Source of the DNA: an uncultured Clostridia bacterium
Lineage (GTDB): Bacteria; Bacillota; Clostridia; UBA1381; UMGS1253
Reading direction: 5' to 3'
Assembly (NCBI GenBank): GCA_934457145.1
Contig: CAKSHP010000004.1
Span: 37,026 to 101,025, forward strand
DNA: 64,000 nt
Shown here: piece after piece, positions 1-8,319 of the stretch
Position numbering within the stretch: position 1 is the stretch's first letter
Layout: each line of letters opens with the position of its first letter
Position numbers and translations under genes: made by a program
The notes under the pieces: generated by a model
The model's input: only the letters and a program-made list of their open reading frames with translations
Database searches by the model: none
What the model was told of the DNA's origin: nothing

Positions 1-1
1 C

Positions 2-1507
2 GTTAAAAAAGGCGATATTTTTGTTGTGCGCCCGGGAGAAAAAATCCCGACCGACGGAGAGGTCATCGAGGGCATAAGCTCTGTCGACGAATCGGCGCTT
101 ACGGGCGAGAGTATACCGGCCGATAAAGAACCCGGAAAAAACGTATTCGGCGCAACGATTAATGTATCGGGATTTATAAAGTGCCGCGCGCAGAAAGTCG
201 GGGAGGACACCGCGCTTTCGCAGATTATAAAAATGGTAAGCGACGCGTCTGCCTCAAAAGCTCCGATTGCAAAAGCGGCAGATAAGGTGTCGGCTGTGTT
301 TGTGCCGGCAGTGCTTTTGATTGCGCTTGTTTGCGCATCCGTGTGGCTTATGCTCGGAAAAGGCGCGGGTTTTGCCCTTGCAAGAGCAATTTCCGTTCTG
401 GTTATAAGCTGCCCTTGTGCGTTAGGCCTTGCAACTCCTGTTGCAATAATGGTCGGAAGCGGTGTCGGAGCGAAAAACTTTATTTTGTTTAAAACGGCAT
501 CATCTCTGGAGGAAACGGGAAAAATAAATGTTGCGGTGTTTGACAAAACCGGCACAATAACAAAAGGCGAACCGAAAGTTACGGATATTAAACCGCTTTC
601 GGGAACAAACGAAAAAGAACTGTTGGAGTATGCATATGCGCTTGAGTCAAAAAGCGAACATCCTTTGGCAAAAGCAATTTGCGCCGAGGCAGAAAAGCAA
701 AAACTTTTTGCAAAACCGACAAATGACTTTAAAATTTTTGCCGGAAACGGACTTAGCGGCGTTTGCGAAAATCATAAAATAGAAGGAGGAAATCTGACAT
801 TTATCGAAAAAAATGCAGAAAATTGTCACGAAGCCAAAATGCATGTTAACGAAATTTCCATGCAGGGCAAAACACCGATGGTTTTTGCAAAAGACGGCAA
901 AGTAATGGGAATTATTGCGGTTTCCGATACTATAAAGGAAGACAGCCGCAGCGCGGTAAACGAGCTTAAAAACATGAAAATTAAAGTTGTTATGCTGACA
1001 GGCGATAACGAAAACACTGCGCGCGCAATAGCAAAACAAGCCGGAATTGACGAAGTGATTGCAAATGTTTTGCCGAATGAAAAGGAAAAGGCTGTACAGA
1101 GCCTGAAAAAAGACGGCAAAGTTTTAATGGTCGGCGACGGAATTAACGACGCACCCGCCCTTACAAGCGCAGACGTCGGAATGGCAATAGGCGCAGGAAC
1201 CGACATTGCAATCGACAGCGCCGATGTGGTCTTAATGAAAAGCAGAATTTCAGATGTTGCCGCCGCCATAAAACTCAGCCGCGCAACGCTTAGAAACATA
1301 CATGAGAATTTGTTTTGGGCGTTTATATATAATGTCATAGGTATTCCGCTTGCCGCCGGCGTATGGATTTATGCTTTCGGCTGGAAACTTAACCCGATGT
1401 TTGCCGCGGCAGCAATGAGTCTGTCAAGCTTCTGTGTTGTTGTAAATGCACTGCGACTGAATTTTGTTAAGTTAAACAATAAAAAATCTAATAAAATTAA
1501 GGCATAA
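2..1507 (+). CDS. copA: Cu(I)-type (P1B) heavy-metal translocating P-type ATPase, C-terminal ~500 aa; the 5' end lies upstream of the window
   Basis: The frame is open from nt 2 ([19 protein letters not shown]), so the GTG at 26 is a window-edge artefact. Motifs read in the translation: [11 protein letters not shown] (CPC, TM6), DKTGTIT (phosphorylation site), GDGINDAP (hinge), [11 protein letters not shown] and MSLSS (TM7/TM8, Cu-pump type). Confidence 0.85.
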   Translation, partial: VKKGDIFVVRPGEKIPTDGEVIEGISSVDESALTGESIPADKEPGKNVFGATINVSGFIKCRAQKVGEDTALSQIIKMVSDASASKAPIAKAADKVSAVFVPAVLLIALVCASVWLMLGKGAGFALARAISVLVISCPCALGLATPVAIMVGSGVGAKNFILFKTASSLEETGKINVAVFDKTGTITKGEPKVTDIKPLSGTNEKELLEYAYALESKSEHPLAKAICAEAEKQKLFAKPTNDFKIFAGNGLSGVCENHKIEGGNLTFIEKNAENCHEAKMHVNEISMQGKTPMVFAKDGKVMGIIAVSDTIKEDSRSAVNELKNMKIKVVMLTGDNENTARAIAKQAGIDEVIANVLPNEKEKAVQSLKKDGKVLMVGDGINDAPALTSADVGMAIGAGTDIAIDSADVVLMKSRISDVAAAIKLSRATLRNIHENLFWAFIYNVIGIPLAAGVWIYAFGWKLNPMFAAAAMSLSSFCVVVNALRLNFVKLNNKKSNKIKA

Positions 1508-1539
1508 TACTTTATTTTATTAATTTGTTTGTTTTGCTG

Positions 1540-1568
1540 TTGACAAACGAAAGCAAATGTGTTATTAT
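1540..1568 (+). promoter_or_regulatory. sigma-A-type promoter (TTGACA-17 nt-TATTAT)
   Basis: TTGACA at 1540-1545, a 17-nt spacer, then TATTAT at 1563-1568. It lies 33 nt after the copA stop and upstream of the leader ORF, terminator and aroF. Confidence 0.6.
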
Positions 1569-1626
1569 TTTTACAGTAAATTTTAAGCACAGTATCTTAA
1601 AGGTGCTTTATGAAAGGAAAAAAATA

Positions 1627-1719
1627 ATGACAAAATTCGTCTTTACAGCAAAATATTACTTTTACTTTTATTTTACATTAAAAAATAAGAGTTGTTTTGT
1701 TGCGGAAAAGAGTTTATAA
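1627..1719 (+). CDS. Candidate 30-codon leader peptide rich in Phe/Tyr (MTKFVFTAKYYFYFYFTLKNKSCFVAEKSL)
   Basis: ATG at 1627 lies 8 nt after AAAGGA. Seven consecutive aromatic codons (TAT TAC TTT TAC TTT TAT TTT) occupy 1654-1674. The stop is at 1717-1719, 22 nt before a terminator hairpin, all upstream of DAHP synthase. It may be a chance ORF in T-rich low-complexity DNA. Confidence 0.4.
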   Translation: MTKFVFTAKYYFYFYFTLKNKSCFVAEKSL

Positions 1720-1740
1720 AAGTAATTTTGTTATATTATA

Positions 1741-1773
1741 AACCTTGTGGCTGAACAGCTGCAAGGTTTTTTT
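1741..1773 (+). terminator. Rho-independent terminator / attenuator hairpin
   Basis: AACCTTG(1741-1747)...CAAGGTT(1762-1768) with extra inner pairs, followed by TTTTTTT. Confidence 0.75.
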
Positions 1774-1878
1774 GATTTTACAAACAAACCCGGGTGTGTA
1801 AAATCAAACTGATATTTTAACATGCTTAAAATTTATAAAAATGATAATGAATTTTAAAATAAACAGGGGGCTTTCAAA

Positions 1879-2889
1879 ATGGTAATCGTATTAAAACAAA
1901 ACGCAAACAAAGAACAGGTTGAAGATTTGGTGATGTGGCTTCATTCACACAACGTTGTTGTACATCCCACGGTTGGCGAATACCAAACGATTTTGGGGCT
2001 TGTAGGAGATACAAAAGCAATAGATATCGACATGATCAACGGTCTTGACGTTGTTGAAACGGTAAAACGCATAAGCGAGCCTTTCAAAAGCGCAAACCGC
2101 AAATTCCATCCTCAGGACACTGTTGTCGATATTCACGGCATAAAAATCGGCGGCGGCAATTTTCAGATTATTGCAGGACCTTGCTCTATTGAAACTGAAG
2201 AGCAGATAACAGGCATTGCCGAAGATGTTAAAAAATCAGGCGCAAAGCTTCTGCGCGGCGGCGCATTCAAGCCGAGAACCTCGCCGTACGCTTTCCAGGG
2301 ACTTCGAAACGAAGGCTTAAAGCTTTTGATTGAGGCAAAAAAGAAAACCGGTATGCCGATTGTCACAGAAATTATGGACGCATCGCATATCGACCTTTTC
2401 GACGAGGTTGACGTTATTCAGGTCGGCGCAAGAAATATGCAGAATTTCGAACTTTTAAAGAAACTCGGCAAATTAAACAAGCCGATACTTTTAAAAAGAG
2501 GCTTGGCAAACACGATTGAAGAGCTTTTGATGAGTGCGGAATACATCATGGCCGGCGGAAATGAAAACGTTATCCTTTGCGAAAGAGGAATAAGAACCTT
2601 TGAAACATACACGAGAAACACCCTTGATTTATCAGCGGTTCCGCTTTTAAAAGAACTTACGCATCTGCCGGTTGTTGTCGATCCGAGCCATGCAACCGGA
2701 ATTGCGCGCCTTGTTGAACCGATGGCAATGGCAGCCGCAGCAGCCGGTGCCGACGGACTTATGATAGAGGTTCACAACAATCCCGAAAAAGCTCTTTGCG
2801 ACGGTCCTCAGTCTATAACTCCGGCTCAGTTTGACCGTATCGTGAAAAAGGTGAAACAAATTCGTGAAGTTGTTAAAAAAGATGATTAA
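1879..2889 (+). CDS. aroF: 3-deoxy-7-phosphoheptulonate (DAHP) synthase, type I-beta with an N-terminal ferredoxin-like regulatory domain
   Basis: 336 aa. A ~70-aa N-terminal extension (as in the Thermotoga-type enzyme) precedes the core, which has IAGPCSIE, KPRTSPYAFQGL and VVVDPSHA motifs. RBS ACAGGGGG. Confidence 0.9.
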   Translation: MVIVLKQNANKEQVEDLVMWLHSHNVVVHPTVGEYQTILGLVGDTKAIDIDMINGLDVVETVKRISEPFKSANRKFHPQDTVVDIHGIKIGGGNFQIIAGPCSIETEEQITGIAEDVKKSGAKLLRGGAFKPRTSPYAFQGLRNEGLKLLIEAKKKTGMPIVTEIMDASHIDLFDEVDVIQVGARNMQNFELLKKLGKLNKPILLKRGLANTIEELLMSAEYIMAGGNENVILCERGIRTFETYTRNTLDLSAVPLLKELTHLPVVVDPSHATGIARLVEPMAMAAAAAGADGLMIEVHNNPEKALCDGPQSITPAQFDRIVKKVKQIREVVKKDD

Positions 2890-2904
2890 ATTTTCAAAAA
2901 AACA

Positions 2905-2933
2905 TTGACAAACATGGGTATTTTGTGTATAAT
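2905..2933 (+). promoter_or_regulatory. Consensus sigma-A promoter (TTGACA-17-TATAAT)
   Basis: TTGACA at 2905-2910 and TATAAT at 2928-2933, upstream of the oxidoreductase gene. Confidence 0.7.
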
Positions 2934-3041
2934 CAGTCTTGAGATGTTTAAAAAACGTTTTAAGCGGAGCAATTGTGCTTCTCTTTAGATTTTTGTTAAA
3001 AGTTTTTATAAAATTTTTATATTAAAAAGGAGTAGATTGAA

Positions 3042-4223
3042 ATGGCAGAGAAAAAAACTGTTGATGAGATGCTTGATTTCAATGTCGGAGCAGCAGCTGA
3101 CGAAATTGATACAAGCAAAAAGTTAAGAATCGGTATTATCGGTACCGGTTGGATTGCTGATGCACATATTGCGCAGTACAAGAAAATGCCCGATGTTGAA
3201 ATTGTTGCAGGTGCTGATTTAATCCCCGGCAAAGCAGAGGCATTCTTTAAAAAACATGAAGTTGAAGGCGTAAAATGCTATTTGAGCCACAAAGAAATGC
3301 TCGACGACGAGAGCCTTAAGCTCGACGGCGTAAGCATTTGTACATATAACATGACTCATGCTGAGTGCGCAATTTATGCACTTGATAAGGGTATTAACGT
3401 TCTTTTGGAAAAACCGATGTGCGTAACATTGGAGGAAGGTATTGAAATTCTTAAAGCTGAAAAGAGAAGCGGCAAAGTTCTTTCAATCGGCTTCCAGCCC
3501 AGATTTGATCCGAACATGAAGATGGTTAAAGAAATCGTTGAATCCGGTGTGCTCGGTCAGATTTATTATATCCAGACAGGCGGCGGACGCCGTCGCGGTA
3601 TTCCTACTCCTTTCGGTACAACATTTATCGAAAAAGAAACAGGCGGTATCGGTGCTTTAGGTGACATAGGATGCTATTCTCTGGATATGCTTTTAAATGC
3701 TATCGGTTATCCGAAGCCCTTAACAGTAACAGGATACACATCCGATTTCTTCGGTAAAGATCCTAACTATATCGGCTACAAACTCTCAGGTCATCCGGAA
3801 TATTATAAAAAATTCGGTGTAGATGACTTTGCAGCAGGTTTTGTTCGTCTGGAAGGCGGAATTATATTAGACTTCCGTATTGCTTGGGCAATGAACATAG
3901 ACACAGCCGGCGATGCATTAATCCTCGGTACAAAAGCAGGTCTGCGTATTCCTTCAACAGAGTGCTGGAACGGTTCAATCGGCGGTCCGCTTAAGATTTA
4001 CAGCGAAGTTGGCGGCGAGCAGGTTGTAACTGAAATTCCTATGAAAGAAAGCAACGTTCCGTGCTTTGAAGTTAAGATTCGTTCTTTCCTTGATGCTATC
4101 AAAAACGGCGGCACAGCTCCTGTTCCCGCAAGCCAGATTATTTACAACCAGGCTATTTTGTCAGGTATTAAAAAATCTGCTGATTTGGGTAAGGAAATTG
4201 AAATTGAAATCCCCGAAGTTTAA
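3042..4223 (+). CDS. Gfo/Idh/MocA family NAD(P)-dependent oxidoreductase
   Basis: 393 aa. Has the Rossmann motif IGIIGTGWIA and an LLEKPM (EKP) motif. RBS AAAGGAG. Appears monocistronic, sitting between a consensus promoter and a terminator. Confidence 0.85.
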   Translation: MAEKKTVDEMLDFNVGAAADEIDTSKKLRIGIIGTGWIADAHIAQYKKMPDVEIVAGADLIPGKAEAFFKKHEVEGVKCYLSHKEMLDDESLKLDGVSICTYNMTHAECAIYALDKGINVLLEKPMCVTLEEGIEILKAEKRSGKVLSIGFQPRFDPNMKMVKEIVESGVLGQIYYIQTGGGRRRGIPTPFGTTFIEKETGGIGALGDIGCYSLDMLLNAIGYPKPLTVTGYTSDFFGKDPNYIGYKLSGHPEYYKKFGVDDFAAGFVRLEGGIILDFRIAWAMNIDTAGDALILGTKAGLRIPSTECWNGSIGGPLKIYSEVGGEQVVTEIPMKESNVPCFEVKIRSFLDAIKNGGTAPVPASQIIYNQAILSGIKKSADLGKEIEIEIPEV

Positions 4224-4250
4224 TTATAACCGGTTACAAAATGTAATCTG

Positions 4251-4297
4251 AAAAAAGGGCTGCAGTGAAATGTTTTATTTTGCTGCAGCCCCTTTTG
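4251..4297 (+). terminator. Rho-independent terminator
   Basis: GGGCTGCAG (4257-4265) ... CTGCAGCCC (4283-4291), then CTTTTG. Confidence 0.8.
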
Positions 4298-4425
4298 AAA
4301 CTTAAAAACAATAGTGCGCAATCGAAAGCAATTTTTTTCTTGCTTTTGGTTACGCGAATGTGCATATTTGTATACAACTACTTTTATCCGTATCTTAACT
4401 AAAAGTATGTTAAAATAAAGTCGAG

Positions 4426-5505
4426 GTGAGCGAAGTGAAAAAAAGAAGATACAGCATTTTAAAAGACACGCTGGTTTGCGTTTTTATAATGGCGATGTGT
4501 TTTGCGCTTTGTTTGGTTTTGCAAAATATTTTTGATAAAAATTCGCTTATACCGTCTATCTTCATTTTAGGAGCTTTTTTAACCTCGGTAGTAACATATG
4601 GCTATGTTTACGGAATTGTGTTTTCTGTTATAAGTGTGCTGGCGGTTAATTTTGCATTCACTTTTCCGTATTTTAAATTAAACTTTACCATGCCGCAAAA
4701 CATTGTTTCAACCGTTATAATGATTGCAATAACGCTTATTACCTGCGGTCTTACTTCAAAGCTTAAATATCAGGAGGCAATAAAAGCGGAAAGCGAAAGG
4801 GAAAAAACAAGAGCGGATTTATTTCGCGCCGTGTCACACGATTTACGAACTCCGCTTACAACTATTTACGGCTCAAGTACAGCGCTTTTAGAAACAGAAA
4901 ATGAATTTACCGAAGAACAGAAAATAAAAATGCTTAAAAGCATCAAGCAAGAATCACTCTGGCTTTTTCGCATGGTAGAAAACTTGCTATCGGTCACAAG
5001 GCTCGATAACGGAAACGTAAAAATAATAAAAACGCCGACAGTGCTTGACGAACTTATTGACTCGGTTATTTTAAAATTTCATAAGCGTTGTCCCGGGCAG
5101 AACGTTGATATTGATATTCCTGATTATTTTGTCAGCATACCGATGGATGCAATCCTTATAGAACAGGTTATAATGAATATTTTAGAAAACGCCGTACAGC
5201 ATGCAAAAGGCATGGATAAGCTGAGCCTTAAGGTTTCGGTTGTGCAAAATAAAGCGGTTTTTGAAATTGCGGATAACGGAAGCGGAATCCCCGAAGAAAA
5301 ACTAAAAACAATTTTTGGCGGATGTTATACAGGAGATGATGTTTCGTATGACTGCAAAAGAAGCAATGCGGGCATAGGGCTTGCTGTGTGCTCAACCATA
5401 ATAAAAGCTCACGGCGGAAAAATAAGCGTAAAAAACCGCAAAAGCGGCGGTGCAGTTTTTAAATTCAGTCTGGATGTTGGAGATGTTGGAGATGATTTGC
5501 AATAA
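4426..5505 (+). CDS. Sensor histidine kinase with a KdpD-type membrane (DUF4118-like) module and no KdpD N-terminal sensor domain
   Basis: 359 aa. N-terminal TM helices, then the H-box FRAVSHDLRTPLT, the N-box NILENAVQH, and the G-boxes DNGSGIP and AGIGLAVC. The start is GTG 4426 or the in-frame GTG 4435 (RBS GAGGTGA). Confidence 0.85.
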   Translation: MSEVKKRRYSILKDTLVCVFIMAMCFALCLVLQNIFDKNSLIPSIFILGAFLTSVVTYGYVYGIVFSVISVLAVNFAFTFPYFKLNFTMPQNIVSTVIMIAITLITCGLTSKLKYQEAIKAESEREKTRADLFRAVSHDLRTPLTTIYGSSTALLETENEFTEEQKIKMLKSIKQESLWLFRMVENLLSVTRLDNGNVKIIKTPTVLDELIDSVILKFHKRCPGQNVDIDIPDYFVSIPMDAILIEQVIMNILENAVQHAKGMDKLSLKVSVVQNKAVFEIADNGSGIPEEKLKTIFGGCYTGDDVSYDCKRSNAGIGLAVCSTIIKAHGGKISVKNRKSGGAVFKFSLDVGDVGDDLQ

Positions 5506-6211
5506 ATATAAAATCCTTGTTGTCGAAGATGACGAGGCAATAAACGACCTTTTAACAACGCTGCTCGGCGCCGCAGGATATCAAACGATTTGCGCATATA
5601 CCTGTAAAAATGCTCAGATGCTTTATACCTCACACAAACCGGATTTGATTATATTGGATCTCGGGCTTCCGGATGCGGACGGAACCGTGTTTTTAAAGAA
5701 AATAAGAAGTGAGTTTTTAACTCCTGTAATAGTTTTGTCTGCAAGAACCGACGAAAAAGAAAAGGTCAACGCGCTTGATGCAGGCGCCAATGACTACATA
5801 ACAAAGCCGTTCGGCACAAACGAACTGCTTGCCAGAGTGCGCTCAACTCTCAGAACTGCCGCGCATGCAGCAGACGGACTTAAGTTCCCCGGAAACAAAT
5901 TTAATCTTTGCGGCCTTGTGATAGATTACGATGCAAGGCGCGTGTTTTTAGACGAAAATGAAATAAAGTTAACCCAAACGGAATATAACATTATTGCGCT
6001 TTTGTCAAAACATTCCGGCAAAGTGCTCACATATTCAAACATTATCCGTGAAATCTGGGGATATAATGATTTAAACAGCACAAAAAAACTTCAGGTTAAT
6101 ATGGTAAACATAAGAAAAAAATTAGGCGCCGTGCCGGGAAAACAAAACTATATCGTAAATGAACTCGGTGTGGGCTACAGAATGTGTGAAAAAGATGATT
6201 TTGAAAATTAA
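5492..6211 (+). CDS. OmpR/PhoB-family (KdpE-like) response regulator
   Basis: Receiver domain (KILVVEDDE, LIILDLGLPD, ITKPF) plus a winged helix (LTQTEYNIIALL, GVGYRM). The ATG at 5492 overlaps the kinase stop (5503-5505). Upstream in-frame starts at 5450/5474/5483 cannot be excluded. Confidence 0.9.
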   Translation: MICNKYKILVVEDDEAINDLLTTLLGAAGYQTICAYTCKNAQMLYTSHKPDLIILDLGLPDADGTVFLKKIRSEFLTPVIVLSARTDEKEKVNALDAGANDYITKPFGTNELLARVRSTLRTAAHAADGLKFPGNKFNLCGLVIDYDARRVFLDENEIKLTQTEYNIIALLSKHSGKVLTYSNIIREIWGYNDLNSTKKLQVNMVNIRKKLGAVPGKQNYIVNELGVGYRMCEKDDFEN

Positions 6212-6220
6212 ATAAAGCGT

Positions 6221-6260
6221 AAAAGACGGCAGAAACTATTTTGTGTTTCTGCCGTCTTTT
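6221..6260. terminator. Bidirectional terminator between convergent genes
   Basis: AAAAGACGGCAGAAAC ... GTTTCTGCCGTCTTTT. Confidence 0.8.
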
Positions 6261-6285
6261 ACTTTTATAATCAAATTTTGCGATT

Positions 6286-8034
6286 TTACTCGGCTATACA
6301 GTATTTTTGACGATAATCTCCGTACAGCTTGTCAAATTCGGGATTGCCGCTTTTGACATTGCGCAGCGACTCATGAACATTCATATTGTTGTCTTTTGCA
6401 TCTATTATACAAACGGCAATGTTTGAACAGTGGTCTGCAACTCGCTCTAAATTGTTTAATAAATCAGCCCACACAAAACCGGCTTCAATTGAACAGCTGC
6501 CGTGTCTTAAACGTGCAATGTGACTGTTTCGCATAGAGGCTTTTAAAGAATCGATAACCTGTTCAAGCGGTTCAACCTTTTTTGCCGCAGAAACATCGTT
6601 TGACACAAATGCATTGTATGATATCGTAAGAATTTCAGACACTGCGCTGCATAAAATCTCAAGCTCTTTTTTTGCCTTTTGTGTAAACTCAATTTTCTTT
6701 TCAAAAAGCTCTTCCGACGACTGCGTTATGTTTATGCTGTGGTCGCTGATTCGTTCAAAATCGCCGATTGCCTTTAACAGCTTAGAAACCGTTGCGCTGT
6801 CGGCATCGCTTATCTGATGCCCGCTGAGCTTAACAAGATATGTTCCCAAAATGTCTTCATAGTGGTCAACATTTTCTTCTGTCTTATATATTTCCTCAGC
6901 TGTTTTTTTATCATATTTATTTAAAACGTTAAGGCTCTTTTTTAAAGAGGTTACCGACTGTTTTGCCATTTCGCAGCAAAGATTAACGCATCTTTCAAGT
7001 GCTATCGGCGGAGCGGCAAGAAGTCTTTCGTCAAGCTCGGGAGTAACCTCTTTTTTGTTTGAGTCGGGAACAAGCTTTATTGCAAGCTTTTCTAAAAAAG
7101 ACGACATCGGCAAAAGAATGATTGTGCAGGCAATATTAAAAAGCGAGTGGGAAAACGCAATACCGAAAAGCGTTGCAGACTCATTTAAAATTGCCGGTTT
7201 AAGCACAGCCGATATAATACCGAAAACCGAAAGCCATATAATTGTGCCTATAACGTTAAACGATAAGTGAACAACAGCAGCTCTCTTAGCATTTTTATTT
7301 GTGCCGAAAGAGGAAAGAATTGCCGTTATACATGTACCGATGTTTTGTCCCATAATAATCGGAATTGCAGCCCCGTAAGACACTTTCCCAGTCACGGACA
7401 GCGCCTGTAAAATGCCTACAGATGCCGAACTCGACTGGATTACAGCCGTTAACAGCGCACCGGCCAAAACGCCTAAAACCGGATTTTTAAACATTATAAA
7501 CATGTTCTTAAAAGCTTCAACATCTGCAAGCCCCGAAACTGCCCCGGACATTGTTTCCATTCCGAACATTAAAGTTGCAAAACCCAAAAGAATTGTGCCG
7601 CTGTCTTTCTTTTTGCTTGTTTTGGCAAACATCAAAAGTCCGGTTCCTATCAGTGCAAGAACAGGCGTAAAAGACGAGGGCTTTAAAAGCTGTACAAAAT
7701 AATTGTCAGAAGAAATTCCGCCTAAACTCAATATCCATGCGGTAACTGTGGTGCCGATGTTTGCGCCCATAATAACGGATATCGACTGTCTCAGCGTCAT
7801 AATTCCCGAGTTTACAAACCCAACAACCATAACCGTTGTGGCAGACGAACTTTGTATAATGCTTGTCACGCCAAGACCGGTTAAAAAGCCTGTCATTTTA
7901 TTTTTTGTAAGCTTTCCCAAAATAGTTTTTAATCCGCCGCCGGCTCTTCTTTCCAAAGCGTCGCCCATAACGCTCATTCCGAATAAAAACAGGCAAAGTC
8001 CTCCGATTAAAGTTAAAACTTCAAAAATTGTCAT
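6286..8034 (-). CDS. Na+/phosphate cotransporter family protein with C-terminal PhoU-like domains
   Basis: About 582 aa. Duplicated transporter repeats (GANIGTTVTAW and GQNIGTCITA) and a helical PhoU-like C-terminal half. The ATG at 8034 sits 5 nt after GAGGTG, so the ORF-track GTG at 8040 overlaps the RBS. Confidence 0.85.
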   Translation of the reverse strand: MTIFEVLTLIGGLCLFLFGMSVMGDALERRAGGGLKTILGKLTKNKMTGFLTGLGVTSIIQSSSATTVMVVGFVNSGIMTLRQSISVIMGANIGTTVTAWILSLGGISSDNYFVQLLKPSSFTPVLALIGTGLLMFAKTSKKKDSGTILLGFATLMFGMETMSGAVSGLADVEAFKNMFIMFKNPVLGVLAGALLTAVIQSSSASVGILQALSVTGKVSYGAAIPIIMGQNIGTCITAILSSFGTNKNAKRAAVVHLSFNVIGTIIWLSVFGIISAVLKPAILNESATLFGIAFSHSLFNIACTIILLPMSSFLEKLAIKLVPDSNKKEVTPELDERLLAAPPIALERCVNLCCEMAKQSVTSLKKSLNVLNKYDKKTAEEIYKTEENVDHYEDILGTYLVKLSGHQISDADSATVSKLLKAIGDFERISDHSINITQSSEELFEKKIEFTQKAKKELEILCSAVSEILTISYNAFVSNDVSAAKKVEPLEQVIDSLKASMRNSHIARLRHGSCSIEAGFVWADLLNNLERVADHCSNIAVCIIDAKDNNMNVHESLRNVKSGNPEFDKLYGDYRQKYCIAE

Positions 8035-8081
8035 AAACACACCTCATATGTAAGATTTATTATAATTATATTACTTTGTAA

Positions 8082-8217
8082 AAAGTCTTGCAAAGGCTTG
8101 CTTTGCAAGACTTTGTGCGTTTATTATAGCACAAATAGAAATGTTTGTACTATAAGATTATTTATATCATGAATAAAAATGCTTGCTTGCAAGACTTTAT
8201 GCATTTATTATATCATA
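8082..8217. repeat. Perfect 14-bp-arm palindrome plus a duplicated ~38-bp segment in the divergent intergenic region
   Basis: AAAGTCTTGCAAAG (8082-8095) / CTTTGCAAGACTTT (8101-8114). GCTTGCTTTGCAAGACTTTGTGCGTTTATTATAGCACA (8096-8133) recurs as GCTTGCTTGCAAGACTTTATGCATTTATTATATCATA (8181-8217). Confidence 0.7.
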
Positions 8218-8319
8218 TAAAAAGTTAAGATGCGGTTAAGATTTATTTGTGTGTATACTTTTTATAAAATACGGCAAAAATAGCAATAAATATGTTTGTT
8301 AACAGGAAAGGGGATAGCT

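Noticed and set aside
1525-1626. The 5' two-thirds of the 64-aa ORF 1525-1719.
   Set aside because: This part overlaps the TTGACA/TATTAT promoter itself. Only the internal ATG at 1627, with its AAAGGA, is a plausible translation start.
2952-2961. The AAAACGTTTT palindrome upstream of the Gfo/Idh/MocA gene, considered as a cre/CcpA or LacI-family operator.
   Set aside because: The flanks read AA...AA instead of the conserved TG...CA of cre (TGWAANCGNTNWCA). Only the AT-rich core matches, and that is expected by chance in this DNA.
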